A DNA stretch of 58,186 nucleotides from Rhizomicrobium sp. (GTDB taxonomy: Bacteria; Pseudomonadota; Alphaproteobacteria; Micropepsales; Micropepsaceae), in assembly GCA_035255625.1 (NCBI GenBank), contig DATEZM010000448.1, positions 1 to 58,186 of the forward strand, written 5' to 3'. The notes under the pieces are model-generated. The model was given only the letters and a program-made list of their open reading frames with translations, made no database searches and was not told where the DNA came from. Both the position numbers and the translations under genes were made by a program. Positions 1 through 9,527 of the stretch are shown here, piece by piece. Numbering within the stretch: the stretch's first letter is position 1; every line of letters begins with the position of its first letter.

Positions 1-1
1 C

Positions 2-244
2 ATCGATCTGCAGCCGCGCGAATTCCGCCTGCTCGAATACCTGATGCGTCATGCGAGCCAGGTCGTGACCCGTACCATGCTGCTCGAAAGCGTGTGGGAG
101 TATCACTTCGATCCGCAGACTAACGTCATCGACGTTCACATCTCGCGTCTGCGCGCAAAGATCGATAAGGGTTTCGATACGGCGCTGCTGCACACAGTGC
201 GTGGCGCGGGGTATATGATCCGTGCGGCGCGCCCGGCGGCGTGA
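2..244 (+). CDS. OmpR-family response regulator, C-terminal winged-helix part (5'-truncated by window edge)
   Basis: Frame from base 2 reads IDLQPREFRLLEYLMRH...NVIDVHISRLRAKID...LHTVRGAGY, the Trans_reg_C signature; directly upstream of a sensor kinase. Confidence 0.95.
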   Translation: MDLQPREFRLLEYLMRHASQVVTRTMLLESVWEYHFDPQTNVIDVHISRLRAKIDKGFDTALLHTVRGAGYMIRAARPAA

Positions 245-247
245 TCC

Positions 248-1630
248 GTGCGCGCACCGGGCATTCTACGCACTCAGGCCTACCGAATCGTCCTTGTCTA
301 TGTCGCGGTCTTCGCGATCTCGGTGACGGCGTTGCTCGCCTTCACCTACTGGAACACCAAGCGCGCGCTCGACCAGCAGACCGACCAGATCATCGAAGCC
401 GAAATTGCCGGTCTGTCAGAGCAGTACCAGCAGCTTGGTCTGCGCGGCCTGGCCGACGTCGTCATCAGCCGTTCGGCGCATGGCGGACCTGGGCTCTATC
501 TGCTTGCCAATCGTTTCAAGCAGCCGATCGTCGGCAATCTTGACGCTTGGCCGGCCAACAGTGACGGACCGAACAGCTGGATTGATTTTGACTATCAGCG
601 GCGGACGGAGAACCGGCTCGAGACCCGCGAGGCGCGCGGTCGCGTCTTCGCGCTCGCCGGCGGGTTCAACCTGCTCGTCGCCCAGGATGTTCATGAACGC
701 TATCTGACAGAACGGCTGTTCACCACGACGCTTCCATGGACGGTCGGTCTCGTGCTTCTTCTTGGACTCGTCGGTGGCGCCTTTATGAGCCGCAACATGT
801 TGGCGCGCCTGGACCAGATCAACCGGACCAGCGCCGAGATCATCGACGGCGACCTGACCCGCCGCATACCGTTAAGCGACGCGCACGACGAGTTCGACGC
901 GTTGGCGGAGAACCTCAATGCCATGCTGGACCGCATCGAGCGGCTGATGAAAGGCGTGCGCGAAGTGACGGACTCGGTGGCGCATGATCTGCGCACGCCG
1001 CTCAACCGGTTGCGAAACCGGCTGGAGGCGACGCAGCGACATCTCGACCCCGCGAGCAACGAGGCCCCCGAAATCGAGGCTGCGGTGGCGGAGATCGATC
1101 AGCTCATCAACACTTTCAATGCGTTGCTCCTGATTGCCGAGGCCGATGCCGGTGTGACCCGGGGTGAGATGGTGCCGATGGACCTCGCTCCCATCGCCGA
1201 GGACATGGCCGAGCTTTACGCCCCGCTCGCCGAGGAAAACGGCGTGAGCTTGCGCATCGAACCTGCTGGCGCCACGCTGATCGACGGCAACCGCAGTCTG
1301 ATATCGCAGGCGCTGGCCAATCTGGTCGACAACGCGATCAAATACACGCCGGCTGGCGGCGCCGTCACCGTGACGGCATCGGAAACGCCGCAAGGGGTCG
1401 AGCTGCGTGTGGCAGACAGCGGCCCCGGTATTCCGCGAGAGGAGCGCCAACGGGTGGTGGAACGATTCGTCCGCCTCGATGCCAGCCGCAATGCGCCAGG
1501 CACCGGCCTGGGCCTTAGTCTCGTGGCCGCCGTGGCACGCTTGCACGACGCCACTCTTTTGCTGGACGATAACCGCCCCGGCCTGCGCGCCACCATCCGC
1601 TTCCCAAGGCTCGCGCTGCGAACGCGATAA
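248..1630 (+). CDS. Membrane sensor histidine kinase (HAMP-HisKA-HATPase)
   Basis: Two TM segments, H-box VAHDLRTPL, N-box NLVDNAIKY, G-boxes DSGPG and GTGLGL. Confidence 0.95.
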   Translation: MRAPGILRTQAYRIVLVYVAVFAISVTALLAFTYWNTKRALDQQTDQIIEAEIAGLSEQYQQLGLRGLADVVISRSAHGGPGLYLLANRFKQPIVGNLDAWPANSDGPNSWIDFDYQRRTENRLETREARGRVFALAGGFNLLVAQDVHERYLTERLFTTTLPWTVGLVLLLGLVGGAFMSRNMLARLDQINRTSAEIIDGDLTRRIPLSDAHDEFDALAENLNAMLDRIERLMKGVREVTDSVAHDLRTPLNRLRNRLEATQRHLDPASNEAPEIEAAVAEIDQLINTFNALLLIAEADAGVTRGEMVPMDLAPIAEDMAELYAPLAEENGVSLRIEPAGATLIDGNRSLISQALANLVDNAIKYTPAGGAVTVTASETPQGVELRVADSGPGIPREERQRVVERFVRLDASRNAPGTGLGLSLVAAVARLHDATLLLDDNRPGLRATIRFPRLALRTR

Positions 1631-1679
1631 ATCTTCATCTCAGCGTGCCGCTTAGGCCAAACGACTCTAGACTACGCCC

Positions 1680-4547
1680 ATGAATCTTCCCCGCCCCTTC
1701 GATTCCGCGCGCGTGTCGCGCACTTTCGATACGCTGGCCGAGCGTGGCTTCGTTCCCTCCGAAGCAGACCGGCCGGTTCTTGCGGCGATGTTCGGCAACA
1801 GTCCGTTTCTGGCCCGCCTCGCGGTTCGCGAGGTTACCCTGCTGGCGCAATTGCTCGCTGACGGGGCCGGTCCGATACTCGCGACGGCGATCGAGGACGC
1901 GCTTACCGCCGCTGATGCGGCAAATGAAGGCGATGCGATGGTTCGTTTGCGCGCCGCCAAGCGCCGTGCCGCGCTCGCTATCGCGCTGGCCGACATTGCC
2001 GGGCATTGGCCGCTCGGGCGCGTCACGCGTGCGCTGACGGAATTCGCCGATGCCTGCGTGAAGGGCGCGCTGCGCTTCGTTCTGCGCGATGCGGCGCGAC
2101 GCGCCGAAATGGGTGAGAGCGATGGGGCCGTTCTGGAACAGACCACCGGGTTGACGGTGCTCGCGATGGGCAAATGCGGCGCCTACGAGTTGAACTATTC
2201 ATCCGACATCGATCTCGTCGTGTTCTACGATCCACGCCGCTTTCCTTTCCTGAAACGCGACGATCCGCGGGGGGCGGCGGTCGATCTCGTACGCGGGATG
2301 GTCAAACTGCTGACCGAGATCACTGCGGACGGCTACGTCTTCCGCGTCGATCTGCGTCTCAGGCCAGACGCCGGCGCCACCCAGGTCGCGATCTCGACTG
2401 ATGCGGCGGAATCCTACTACGAGGGCATGGGTCAAAACTGGGAGCGCGCGGCGTTCATCAAGGCACGCGCCTGTGCCGGCGATCCCGCCATCGGCGAGCA
2501 ATTTCTCAAGACGCTCGAACCGTTCATATGGCGGCGCTATCTCGACTTCGCGGCGATCGAGGACATCCATTCCATAAAACGGCAGATCCATGCCCATGGT
2601 GGCCATGGTGCCATCGCCGTCGCCGGCCACAACATCAAGCTCGGCAAGGGCGGCATACGGGAGATCGAATTCTTCGCACAAACGCAGCAGCTGATCCTTG
2701 GCGGCCGAATACCCGAATTGCGCCGGCGCGGTACGGTCGATGCGATCGACGCGCTCTGTGCCCGCGGCCTGGTGAGCGAGCCAACGGCCGCCGATCTCAA
2801 GGCCGCTTATCGCTTCCTGCGTACGCTGGAGCACCGGCTGCAAATGATAGAGGACGAGCAGACTCACTCCGTTCCGAAATCTGCAGAGGCCATCGCGCAC
2901 ATCGCTTGTTTCATGGGTTTTCCGGATGCCGCCACATTCGGCGCCGCGCTTACGGCCCACCTCGAAACCGTCCAGCGTCACTACGCCCGTCTGTTCGAGC
3001 GTGGGCAGGACCTCGCGGCATCGGAGGGCAACCTCGTTTTCACCGGCGTCGAAGAGGATCCGGAGACCGTCAAGACGTTACACAAAATGGGCTTTCGCGA
3101 GGCGGCGCACGTTTCGGCTGCGATCCGCGGCTGGCATCACGGCCGCATTCGCGCCACGCGCAGTGCGCGCGCGCGCGAGCTTCTGACCAAGCTGGTGCCG
3201 GCTCTTCTACCAGCACTGGCCAAGACCGCCGACCCCGATGTTGCCTTCATGCAGTTCGACCGCTTTCTCACCAATCTGCCGGCTGGTGTGCAGCTCTTTT
3301 CGCAGTTTCTCGCACGTCCTGAGTTCCTGCACCTCATCGCGAATATTGCTGGGTCGGCACCCAGATTGGCACAGCATCTGGCGCGCGCGCCGGCGACGTT
3401 GGACGCGCTGATCGACGCCGACTTTTTGCGCAGCCTGCCGACACGCGAATCGCTCGACATCGCGTTTGCCGGTCAGCTTGCGCGCGCCAGCAGTTACGAA
3501 GACACGCTCGACGCCGCGCGTCGTTTCGCCAAGGAGCAGGTCTTTCGCGTCGGTGTGCAGATCATCCAAGGCATCGCCAAGCCGGATGCGGCCGGTCCGG
3601 CGCTCGCCAATGTTGCCGAAGCGGTGATCGGGGGCCTCCTTCCGGTGGTCCAAGATGAACTCGCCGAAACTGCGGGCCAGATGCCGGGCGGCCAGTTCGC
3701 TGTCGTGGCCATGGGAAAACTCGGCGGGCGGGAGATGACTGCGGGCTCCGACCTCGACCTGATTTTCGTCTATGACCTGCCCGGCGAGATCGAAGCGAGC
3801 GACGGACCCAAGCCACTGCCAGTCATCGTCTATTACGCGAGGCTGGCGCAGCGCTTCATATCCGCGCTGACGACGCCTACCGCGGCGGGCGGGCTCTACG
3901 AAGTCGACATGAGGCTTCGGCCGAGCGGCAATAAAGGACCGGCCGCGGTCAGTCTGGCCTCGTTCGAACGCTATCACGCGGCGGACGCTTGGACCTGGGA
4001 GCGCATGGCGCTGACCCGCGCGCGAGTGGTGCATGCACCGCCCGCCTTCGCACCGCGGGTGGAGGCTGCGATCCGGGCCTCGCTCGTCGCGCCCTCGAAC
4101 CCTGCAAAGATCAAAGGCGATGCGCGCGATATGCGCGAAAGGCTGGCGACGCAATTCCCCGGCCAGAATCGCTGGGATCTCAAATTTGCCCCTGGCGGCC
4201 TCGTCGACATCGAATTCGTGGCGCAAACGCTCCAGCTTTGCGCCGCGTCGTCACGACCCGGCGTGCTTAACGCCAACACCGTGCAGGCGTTGCGCAATCT
4301 GGTCGCGACGGGGGTGCTTCCCGCCGATCGTGCGCAAACCTTGATCGATGCGGCGCTGCTAGAGCATGCGCTGACCCAGGTTCTGCGCATCGCGCTGGAC
4401 GGAACGCTCGAGCCCGACAAGGCGACGCCCGGCTTGAAGTTGCTGCTCCTGCGCGTCGCCGGTCTCATGGATTTCGAAACACTCGAGCGACAGCTCGTTG
4501 CCTCGCAGCAGGCCGTGCGCGCGATCCTCAGAGACCTGCTACGCTGA
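1680..4547 (+). CDS. glnE: Bifunctional glutamine synthetase adenylyltransferase/adenylyl-removing enzyme
   Basis: 955 aa with two nucleotidyltransferase repeats (MGKCGAYELNYSSDIDL; MGKLGGREMTAGSDLDL), VDLRLRP/VDMRLRP, GGIREIEF/GGLVDIEF. Confidence 0.97.
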   Translation: MNLPRPFDSARVSRTFDTLAERGFVPSEADRPVLAAMFGNSPFLARLAVREVTLLAQLLADGAGPILATAIEDALTAADAANEGDAMVRLRAAKRRAALAIALADIAGHWPLGRVTRALTEFADACVKGALRFVLRDAARRAEMGESDGAVLEQTTGLTVLAMGKCGAYELNYSSDIDLVVFYDPRRFPFLKRDDPRGAAVDLVRGMVKLLTEITADGYVFRVDLRLRPDAGATQVAISTDAAESYYEGMGQNWERAAFIKARACAGDPAIGEQFLKTLEPFIWRRYLDFAAIEDIHSIKRQIHAHGGHGAIAVAGHNIKLGKGGIREIEFFAQTQQLILGGRIPELRRRGTVDAIDALCARGLVSEPTAADLKAAYRFLRTLEHRLQMIEDEQTHSVPKSAEAIAHIACFMGFPDAATFGAALTAHLETVQRHYARLFERGQDLAASEGNLVFTGVEEDPETVKTLHKMGFREAAHVSAAIRGWHHGRIRATRSARARELLTKLVPALLPALAKTADPDVAFMQFDRFLTNLPAGVQLFSQFLARPEFLHLIANIAGSAPRLAQHLARAPATLDALIDADFLRSLPTRESLDIAFAGQLARASSYEDTLDAARRFAKEQVFRVGVQIIQGIAKPDAAGPALANVAEAVIGGLLPVVQDELAETAGQMPGGQFAVVAMGKLGGREMTAGSDLDLIFVYDLPGEIEASDGPKPLPVIVYYARLAQRFISALTTPTAAGGLYEVDMRLRPSGNKGPAAVSLASFERYHAADAWTWERMALTRARVVHAPPAFAPRVEAAIRASLVAPSNPAKIKGDARDMRERLATQFPGQNRWDLKFAPGGLVDIEFVAQTLQLCAASSRPGVLNANTVQALRNLVATGVLPADRAQTLIDAALLEHALTQVLRIALDGTLEPDKATPGLKLLLLRVAGLMDFETLERQLVASQQAVRAILRDLLR

Positions 4548-4560
4548 ACTGCTGTAGGGC

Positions 4561-4731
4561 CTACTGGTCCGTGACCGGTACGCAGTCGCGACGCCGCTCT
4601 TCAAGACATCGCTCCGTCTTCAGATGGGAGGACAGAAAGCTCATCAGAATGACACCCAGGACCACGACGATGGCGACGGCGACGAGTACCGCGATGTTTG
4701 CGCTCTTCCGGTTGTCTTCGTCGTCGCTCAT
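4561..4731 (-). CDS. Small single-TM hypothetical protein
   Basis: MSDDEDNRKSANIAVLVAVAIVVVLG...CLEERRRDC; GGAG/GAG-like RBS upstream; fills the gap between glnE and EamA. Confidence 0.6.
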   Translation of the reverse strand: MSDDEDNRKSANIAVLVAVAIVVVLGVILMSFLSSHLKTERCLEERRRDCVPVTDQ

Positions 4732-4805
4732 CGTCTCACCAGTCCTTCGCCCGGCGCGCAAGGGTTGCGCGGCCTACGCGGGTTAGAGCTTGCTATATCT
4801 GCACC

Positions 4806-5705
4806 ATGTCCAACAAGCAGACACACTTGCCGATTGCCCACATCCTCTTGGCGACAATGGTCGCCCTGGTTTGGGGTTCGAATTTTGTGGTCATCAAGAT
4901 CGCGCTGGCGCATCTGCCACCGCTGCTGTTCGCGGCGTTGCGGTTCACTTTCGCCTTCCTGCCCGCGGCGTTCTTCATCCCGAGGCCGGCGGTCCCATGG
5001 CGTAACCTTGCAGCCTATGGGCTTTTGATTGGTGCCGGGCAGTTCGGGCTGCTCTATATCGCGATGAAAGGCAGCATATCGCCCGGCTCGGCCTCGCTGG
5101 TGATCCAGCTTCAGGTCTTTTTCACCATCGCGCTCGCTGCCCACCTCACCAGTGAACGCCTGCATGCCTTCCAGGGAGTTGCGCTGGTGCTTGCAGCGGT
5201 TGGTTTGGCACTCATCGCCATGCACGGCGGCAGCGATGCGACACCGCTGGGTCTGTGTCTGACGGTACTCGCGGCGTTGTGCTGGGCATCGGGCAACATC
5301 GTCGCTAGGGCAAGCGGAGGGGCGGGCATGCTGGGTTACGTCGTCTGGTCGAGTCTGTTCGCGATCCCGCCTCTGATCGCGTTGTCGCTTGTGTTTGAAG
5401 GTCGCACTGCGATTGCACAGGGCTTGTCTTCGGCGGACGCGACAACCTGGGCTGCCGTGCTCTACCAATCGTTCGGCAACACGTTACTCGGCTACGGCAG
5501 TTGGGCCTATCTGCTCGCGCGCCATCCGGCGGCCACCATTTCGCCGTTCGCACTTCTCGTGCCGGTAGTCGGCTTGGCGTCTTCGGCATTGTTGACCGGA
5601 GAGCCCTTGCAATCCTGGAAGCTCGCGGCCGCCGGTCTCGTATTGAGTGGGCTTGCGCTCAACCTTGTCTGGGCGTCGCTGGTGCGCTGGCAAGGGTCGC
5701 GCTAA
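4806..5705 (+). CDS. EamA/DMT family transporter
   Basis: ~10 TM helices, VWGSNFVVIK and PPLLFAALRF motifs; ATG at 4806 preferred over the longer ORF start. Confidence 0.92.
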   Translation: MSNKQTHLPIAHILLATMVALVWGSNFVVIKIALAHLPPLLFAALRFTFAFLPAAFFIPRPAVPWRNLAAYGLLIGAGQFGLLYIAMKGSISPGSASLVIQLQVFFTIALAAHLTSERLHAFQGVALVLAAVGLALIAMHGGSDATPLGLCLTVLAALCWASGNIVARASGGAGMLGYVVWSSLFAIPPLIALSLVFEGRTAIAQGLSSADATTWAAVLYQSFGNTLLGYGSWAYLLARHPAATISPFALLVPVVGLASSALLTGEPLQSWKLAAAGLVLSGLALNLVWASLVRWQGSR

Positions 5706-5728
5706 TCCTGACGGTCGCGTCCGGGAGT

Positions 5729-6655
5729 ATGCCTTCGGTGAAGATAACGCACGCGGTCTATGGCGCGATTCCGCCCGAGCTCATCGCTGTCCGGTCGGAC
5801 GCCATCCAGCTCTCGCCCTTCGTGCCTGGCGCGACCGCGCTGGAAGACATCGCCGATGCGAGCTTGGCTTCGATCGCAATCTTCGCGCCGCCTGGCACCC
5901 TGGAGCGTCGCTTCGTTCTCGCACACGCTCTTCGGGCGCTCGGTGCTGCCGGCGATTTCACGGCGCTGGCGCCGCGCAACCGCGGCGGCGCCCGCCTGCG
6001 TGGCGAGCTTGCGGAATTCGGCCTCGAAACGGAGGAGATCGCGAAATCTCATTTTCGCGTATGTGCCGGATCGCGGCCTGCCGCTCTCCCGAGTCTCGAA
6101 TCGCCGATCGCTGCCGGAGGCCAGCAATTCGTCCCGGCCACTGGGCTATGGTCTCAGCCCGGAATTTTCAGCTGGGACCGGATCGATCCGGGTAGCCGTC
6201 TGCTCGTGGAACATCTGCCGAACCTCACCGGAAGCGGCGCCGATCTGGGCTGCGGCGCCGGCTTTCTTTCGCGGCATATCCTGGCGGCCCCCGGCGTGAA
6301 GGTGCTCGCGCTCGTGGACATCGACCGCCGCGCCATCGCTGCCGCACGCCGCAATGTCACGGACGAGCGCGCGAGCTTTCATTGGCTGGACGTGGCATTG
6401 CCGTTGCCCTTTCCGGGCGCTATCGATTTTGTCGTGACAAACCCGCCCTTTCACAGAGAAGGAAGCGAAGATCGCACGCTGGGGGTCGCCGTCGCGCGAC
6501 GGGCAGCGCACCTTTTGAAGGCCGGCGGCGAGCTCTGGCTTGTGGCAAACCGGCATCTCTCCTATGCGCCGGCGCTGCACGACGACTTCGCGCAGGTCAC
6601 GCTCGTGGCGCAAAGCAAAGAATTCCGTGTCTATCGCGCAGTCAGAGGGCGGTGA
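5729..6655 (+). CDS. Class I SAM-dependent methyltransferase, RsmC/MTS-like
   Basis: PGIFSWDRIDPGS, DLGCGAG, NPPFH, LWLVANRHLSY motifs; GGGAG RBS before ATG 5729. Confidence 0.88.
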   Translation: MPSVKITHAVYGAIPPELIAVRSDAIQLSPFVPGATALEDIADASLASIAIFAPPGTLERRFVLAHALRALGAAGDFTALAPRNRGGARLRGELAEFGLETEEIAKSHFRVCAGSRPAALPSLESPIAAGGQQFVPATGLWSQPGIFSWDRIDPGSRLLVEHLPNLTGSGADLGCGAGFLSRHILAAPGVKVLALVDIDRRAIAAARRNVTDERASFHWLDVALPLPFPGAIDFVVTNPPFHREGSEDRTLGVAVARRAAHLLKAGGELWLVANRHLSYAPALHDDFAQVTLVAQSKEFRVYRAVRGR

Positions 6656-6732
6656 AGCAAACGGTTCGGAATCGAGTCGGGCAAAACGCGTCAGCCGGGC
6701 TCGTTCAATGACTCTCTCAAGATCGTCGGGAA

Positions 6733-7161
6733 CTATTGCGATCTGGTCCGCGAAGCAGCTGCATTTCGTCGAGAACTGCGCTTTGGATTCGAATGTTTGG
6801 CGCGCTTTAACGTCCCCGACAAGAGATAGTCGCGCAACGCGACCGCTTGGTTGTGTTTCGCGTCGCGCGCGGAAAAGAGCAACGTCACAACGTCCGTCCT
6901 CGTAAGGTTGCGTAGTTTGGCGACTATCTCCGGCATTCTGTCGAGTTCTGCCCAATACCGTTTGCGGAACTCCGCCCACCGATCAGGTCTGTGGCCGAAC
7001 CAGCGCCGCAATTCGGTACTTGGTCCGATTTCCTTGAGCCAAATTACGTTGTGAAGTTTTTCCTTCCGGATGCCGCGCGGCCATATCCGGTCGACTAGGG
7101 CGCGATGGCCGTCACCTCCGGCGTGCGGCTCATAGACTCGTTTGACCTTCAGCCTCGTCAT
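6733..7161 (-). CDS. DUF488 (YeaO-like) protein
   Basis: KRVYE...LVDRIWPRGIRKE...WLKEIGPSTELRRWFGH...HNQAVAL. Confidence 0.9.
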   Translation of the reverse strand: MTRLKVKRVYEPHAGGDGHRALVDRIWPRGIRKEKLHNVIWLKEIGPSTELRRWFGHRPDRWAEFRKRYWAELDRMPEIVAKLRNLTRTDVVTLLFSARDAKHNQAVALRDYLLSGTLKRAKHSNPKRSSRRNAAASRTRSQ

Positions 7162-7346
7162 CCAATACCTCTTGCGAGGCGATATCATTGCCAAAGGTAA
7201 GCTGTCGTCGACCCCATTCTTATTCTCTTTAGCGGTGCATCATCGAACTGATCGCTCGGCGATGCAGGGCACGAACTGGGTTTTGCCTATTGATGTAAAT
7301 GCACTTCGCAAAAAAGAAAGACACTAAATCGCTGAATCTATTTGAA

Positions 7347-7398
7347 GAAACCTGGAGCGGGCGAGGCGAATCGAACGCCCGACCCTAACCTTGGCAAG
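7347..7398. repeat. Island attachment site: 52-bp direct repeat containing the displaced 3' half of tRNA-Gly
   Basis: GAAACCTGGAGCGGGCGAGGCGAATCGAACGCCCGACCCTAACCTTGGCAAG is identical to 48161-48212. Confidence 0.97.
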
Positions 7399-7516
7399 TG
7401 TGCAGCCGGGTGTCTGACGACGTCCACCAACGGCTAACCACCATCTTAAGTCCTTGTGGAAATTGACTCTGTCTTCCATCATCGTCCGAAGGCGTCCAGG
7501 GGCAGCCGGTCGTTCC

Positions 7517-7604
7517 TGAGACCTTTTTGAGACCTAGAGCGACCACAACCCTATTTTTGGCGACCGCAACCGTGGAAGACGCGTCTAGCACCGTCCTGAG
7601 ACCT
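7517..7604 (+). repeat. Candidate integrase arm-type sites (TGAGACCT at 7517, 7528, 7597)
   Basis: Exact octamer three times just inside the left att; matching pair at 48082/48093 inside the right att. Confidence 0.7.
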
Positions 7605-8867
7605 GAGGCCCCGAAACGGCGCGCGCGTGCGCTCCTGACGGACGTGGCACTGCAGGCGTATATAAAGTCGCCGCCAGCTAGGCAAACCGACATCAAGGAC
7701 CCCTCTGTCCCCGGTCTCTCGGCGCGCATCACCCCCAAGGGCCATGTCACTTGGAGCCTGCGCTTGCGGGTCGCCGGCGAGGGCGGACAGTCCTCGCGCG
7801 GCCGTCGCGTGAAGGGCCAGCAATATCGCCTGACACTGGGCAAGTACCCGACGGTGTCGATCAAAAAGGCCCGGGCCAAAGCCAGCGAGTATTTGCGCCA
7901 GGCAGAGGACGGCGCGCATCCTGTCCGAGCGCTCGAGAAGCAGGCCGTCGGCCGGCACGACACTGTCGAGAATCTCATCGACACATTCATTGCTGACTAC
8001 GCGACCCCCAATCTGCGTAGCTGGAAGAATGCCCAATCAACTCTGAAGCGCCATGTCGTACCGGCCTGGGGAAAGCTCCCGGCAGACTCGATTGATGCTC
8101 GGGAAGCCGCGCGCCTTCTGAGCGACGTCGCGCGCGGACCGCTCCACGAAAAGACCGGTAAACGGATCCCACGCCCAGGCGCAGCTGGCGAAGTGCGCAA
8201 ATGGGGCTCGCTGCTGTTCTCCTGGGCCGTGCGCAATGGGTTGGCGCAAGCGAACCCGTTCGAGAAGTCCAAGAATCCCGCAAAACTTAAGCCTCGCCAG
8301 CGGTTCCTGGATATGGCCGAAATACGCGCCGTCTGGCTTGCCGCGGCTTCTCTGGAGTATCCCTGGCGTGAGCTGATCCAGCTCTTGATCCTGACTGCCT
8401 GCCGCTTGCGTGAGATCGCGCATGCCCGCTGGTCTTGGATCGACGCAAAAGAGATGCGCGTTGTGATCCCGCCGGACGCGTACAAGACGGAGCGTCCGTT
8501 CCTGGTCGCACTGCCGCCGCAGGCGATCGAGATCCTCGCTATCATCAAGCGGTGGAATGAGGGCGACTGCGTGTTTTCGACCACGAACGGCAAAAGCCCC
8601 GTCTGGAGCGTGTCGCGCAAGATCGTCGATCGACTGCATGCACGGGCCGAGAAGAACCTCGGCCGCAAGATCGAGCATTTTGTGGTGCACGACTTCCGCC
8701 GCACCGTGCGCACGCATCTGTCGCGGCTCGGTGTCAGTGATGTGGTCGGTGAACTCGCTCTCGGGCATGCGCTGCGCGGCGTCAGCAAGACGTACAATGT
8801 CTACGACTTCGAGGCTGAGAAGCGCGAGGCGCTGGCGCGGTGGGCGAGCGAGGTGCTGCAAAGCTAG
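7572..8867 (+). CDS. Tyrosine integrase with N-terminal arm-binding (DUF4102-like) domain
   Basis: DPSVPGLSARITPKGHVTW...LGKYPTVSIKKAR arm domain; catalytic LTACRLREI, HDFRRT, LGH, YN; start uncertain (7527/7572). Confidence 0.95.
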   Translation: MEDASSTVLRPEAPKRRARALLTDVALQAYIKSPPARQTDIKDPSVPGLSARITPKGHVTWSLRLRVAGEGGQSSRGRRVKGQQYRLTLGKYPTVSIKKARAKASEYLRQAEDGAHPVRALEKQAVGRHDTVENLIDTFIADYATPNLRSWKNAQSTLKRHVVPAWGKLPADSIDAREAARLLSDVARGPLHEKTGKRIPRPGAAGEVRKWGSLLFSWAVRNGLAQANPFEKSKNPAKLKPRQRFLDMAEIRAVWLAAASLEYPWRELIQLLILTACRLREIAHARWSWIDAKEMRVVIPPDAYKTERPFLVALPPQAIEILAIIKRWNEGDCVFSTTNGKSPVWSVSRKIVDRLHARAEKNLGRKIEHFVVHDFRRTVRTHLSRLGVSDVVGELALGHALRGVSKTYNVYDFEAEKREALARWASEVLQS

Positions 8868-9221
8868 ACCAACGCCCACCGGCATAAACCCGAAACCCGG
8901 CTGAGACACCCCCGGGGAGGGGGCACGTCCTTCTCACAATTGGCCCCGAATTTGAGCTCCAATATTTTGGGGTTTCGAATTTTGAGTCAGCGCACGTGTG
9001 TTAACGGTTCAGTAACGACGCTTCGCACTTCGACTTTGAAAAACGCCGATGTTGTGAGAGCGTTCACGCAATCGGTTCCATCTGCGCCCAGCGCGCGTTT
9101 TGAACCGACAGGCTCCCCGAGCATTGCCTCGGGAGCTCGGCAAAACCACCGAAGCCGGACGACCAGCGGGGGCCAGGACAGAATCCTGCCGCCACAGTCG
9201 TTGAGGAATTCGGTGGATACC

Positions 9222-9527
9222 ATGAACCGCAACACACAAGCGCCCGACATCGTCGGGTGTGAAGACGCACGCCCACCTCTGCGTAGCCGCGATCTCCTTT
9301 CTGAAGGCCAGCCCGGTGGCCTTCAAACCCTTCCCGTCGCGCCGGTCCGGTTGATTTGCATGCAAGAAGTCGAACAGCTGACGTCGCTCAAGCGCAGCAC
9401 CTTGTACGGACTGATGCGCGATGGCGGGTTCCCGCCGCAGGTAAAGATCACGACCCGCCGCAGCGCGTGGATTCTCGGCGAAGTCGTCTCCTGGATAGAA
9501 CAGCGGCGCATGGGTGGCGTGCCATGA
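9222..9527 (+). CDS. alpA: AlpA-family phage regulator/excisionase
   Basis: RLICMQEVEQLTSLKRSTLYGLMRDGGFPPQVKITTRRSAWILGEVVSWI; ATGA overlap with the next gene. Confidence 0.9.
   Translation: MNRNTQAPDIVGCEDARPPLRSRDLLSEGQPGGLQTLPVAPVRLICMQEVEQLTSLKRSTLYGLMRDGGFPPQVKITTRRSAWILGEVVSWIEQRRMGGVP

Noticed and set aside
7290-7303. FNR-like box TTGAT-GTAA-ATGCA upstream of DUF488
   Set aside because: Second half-site has two mismatches; too weak alone
8905-8930. cos/pac-like C/G run after the integrase (also the GGACCGGCGGG stretch near 12427)
   Set aside because: Only a vague resemblance, and no terminase or HNH gene to anchor it
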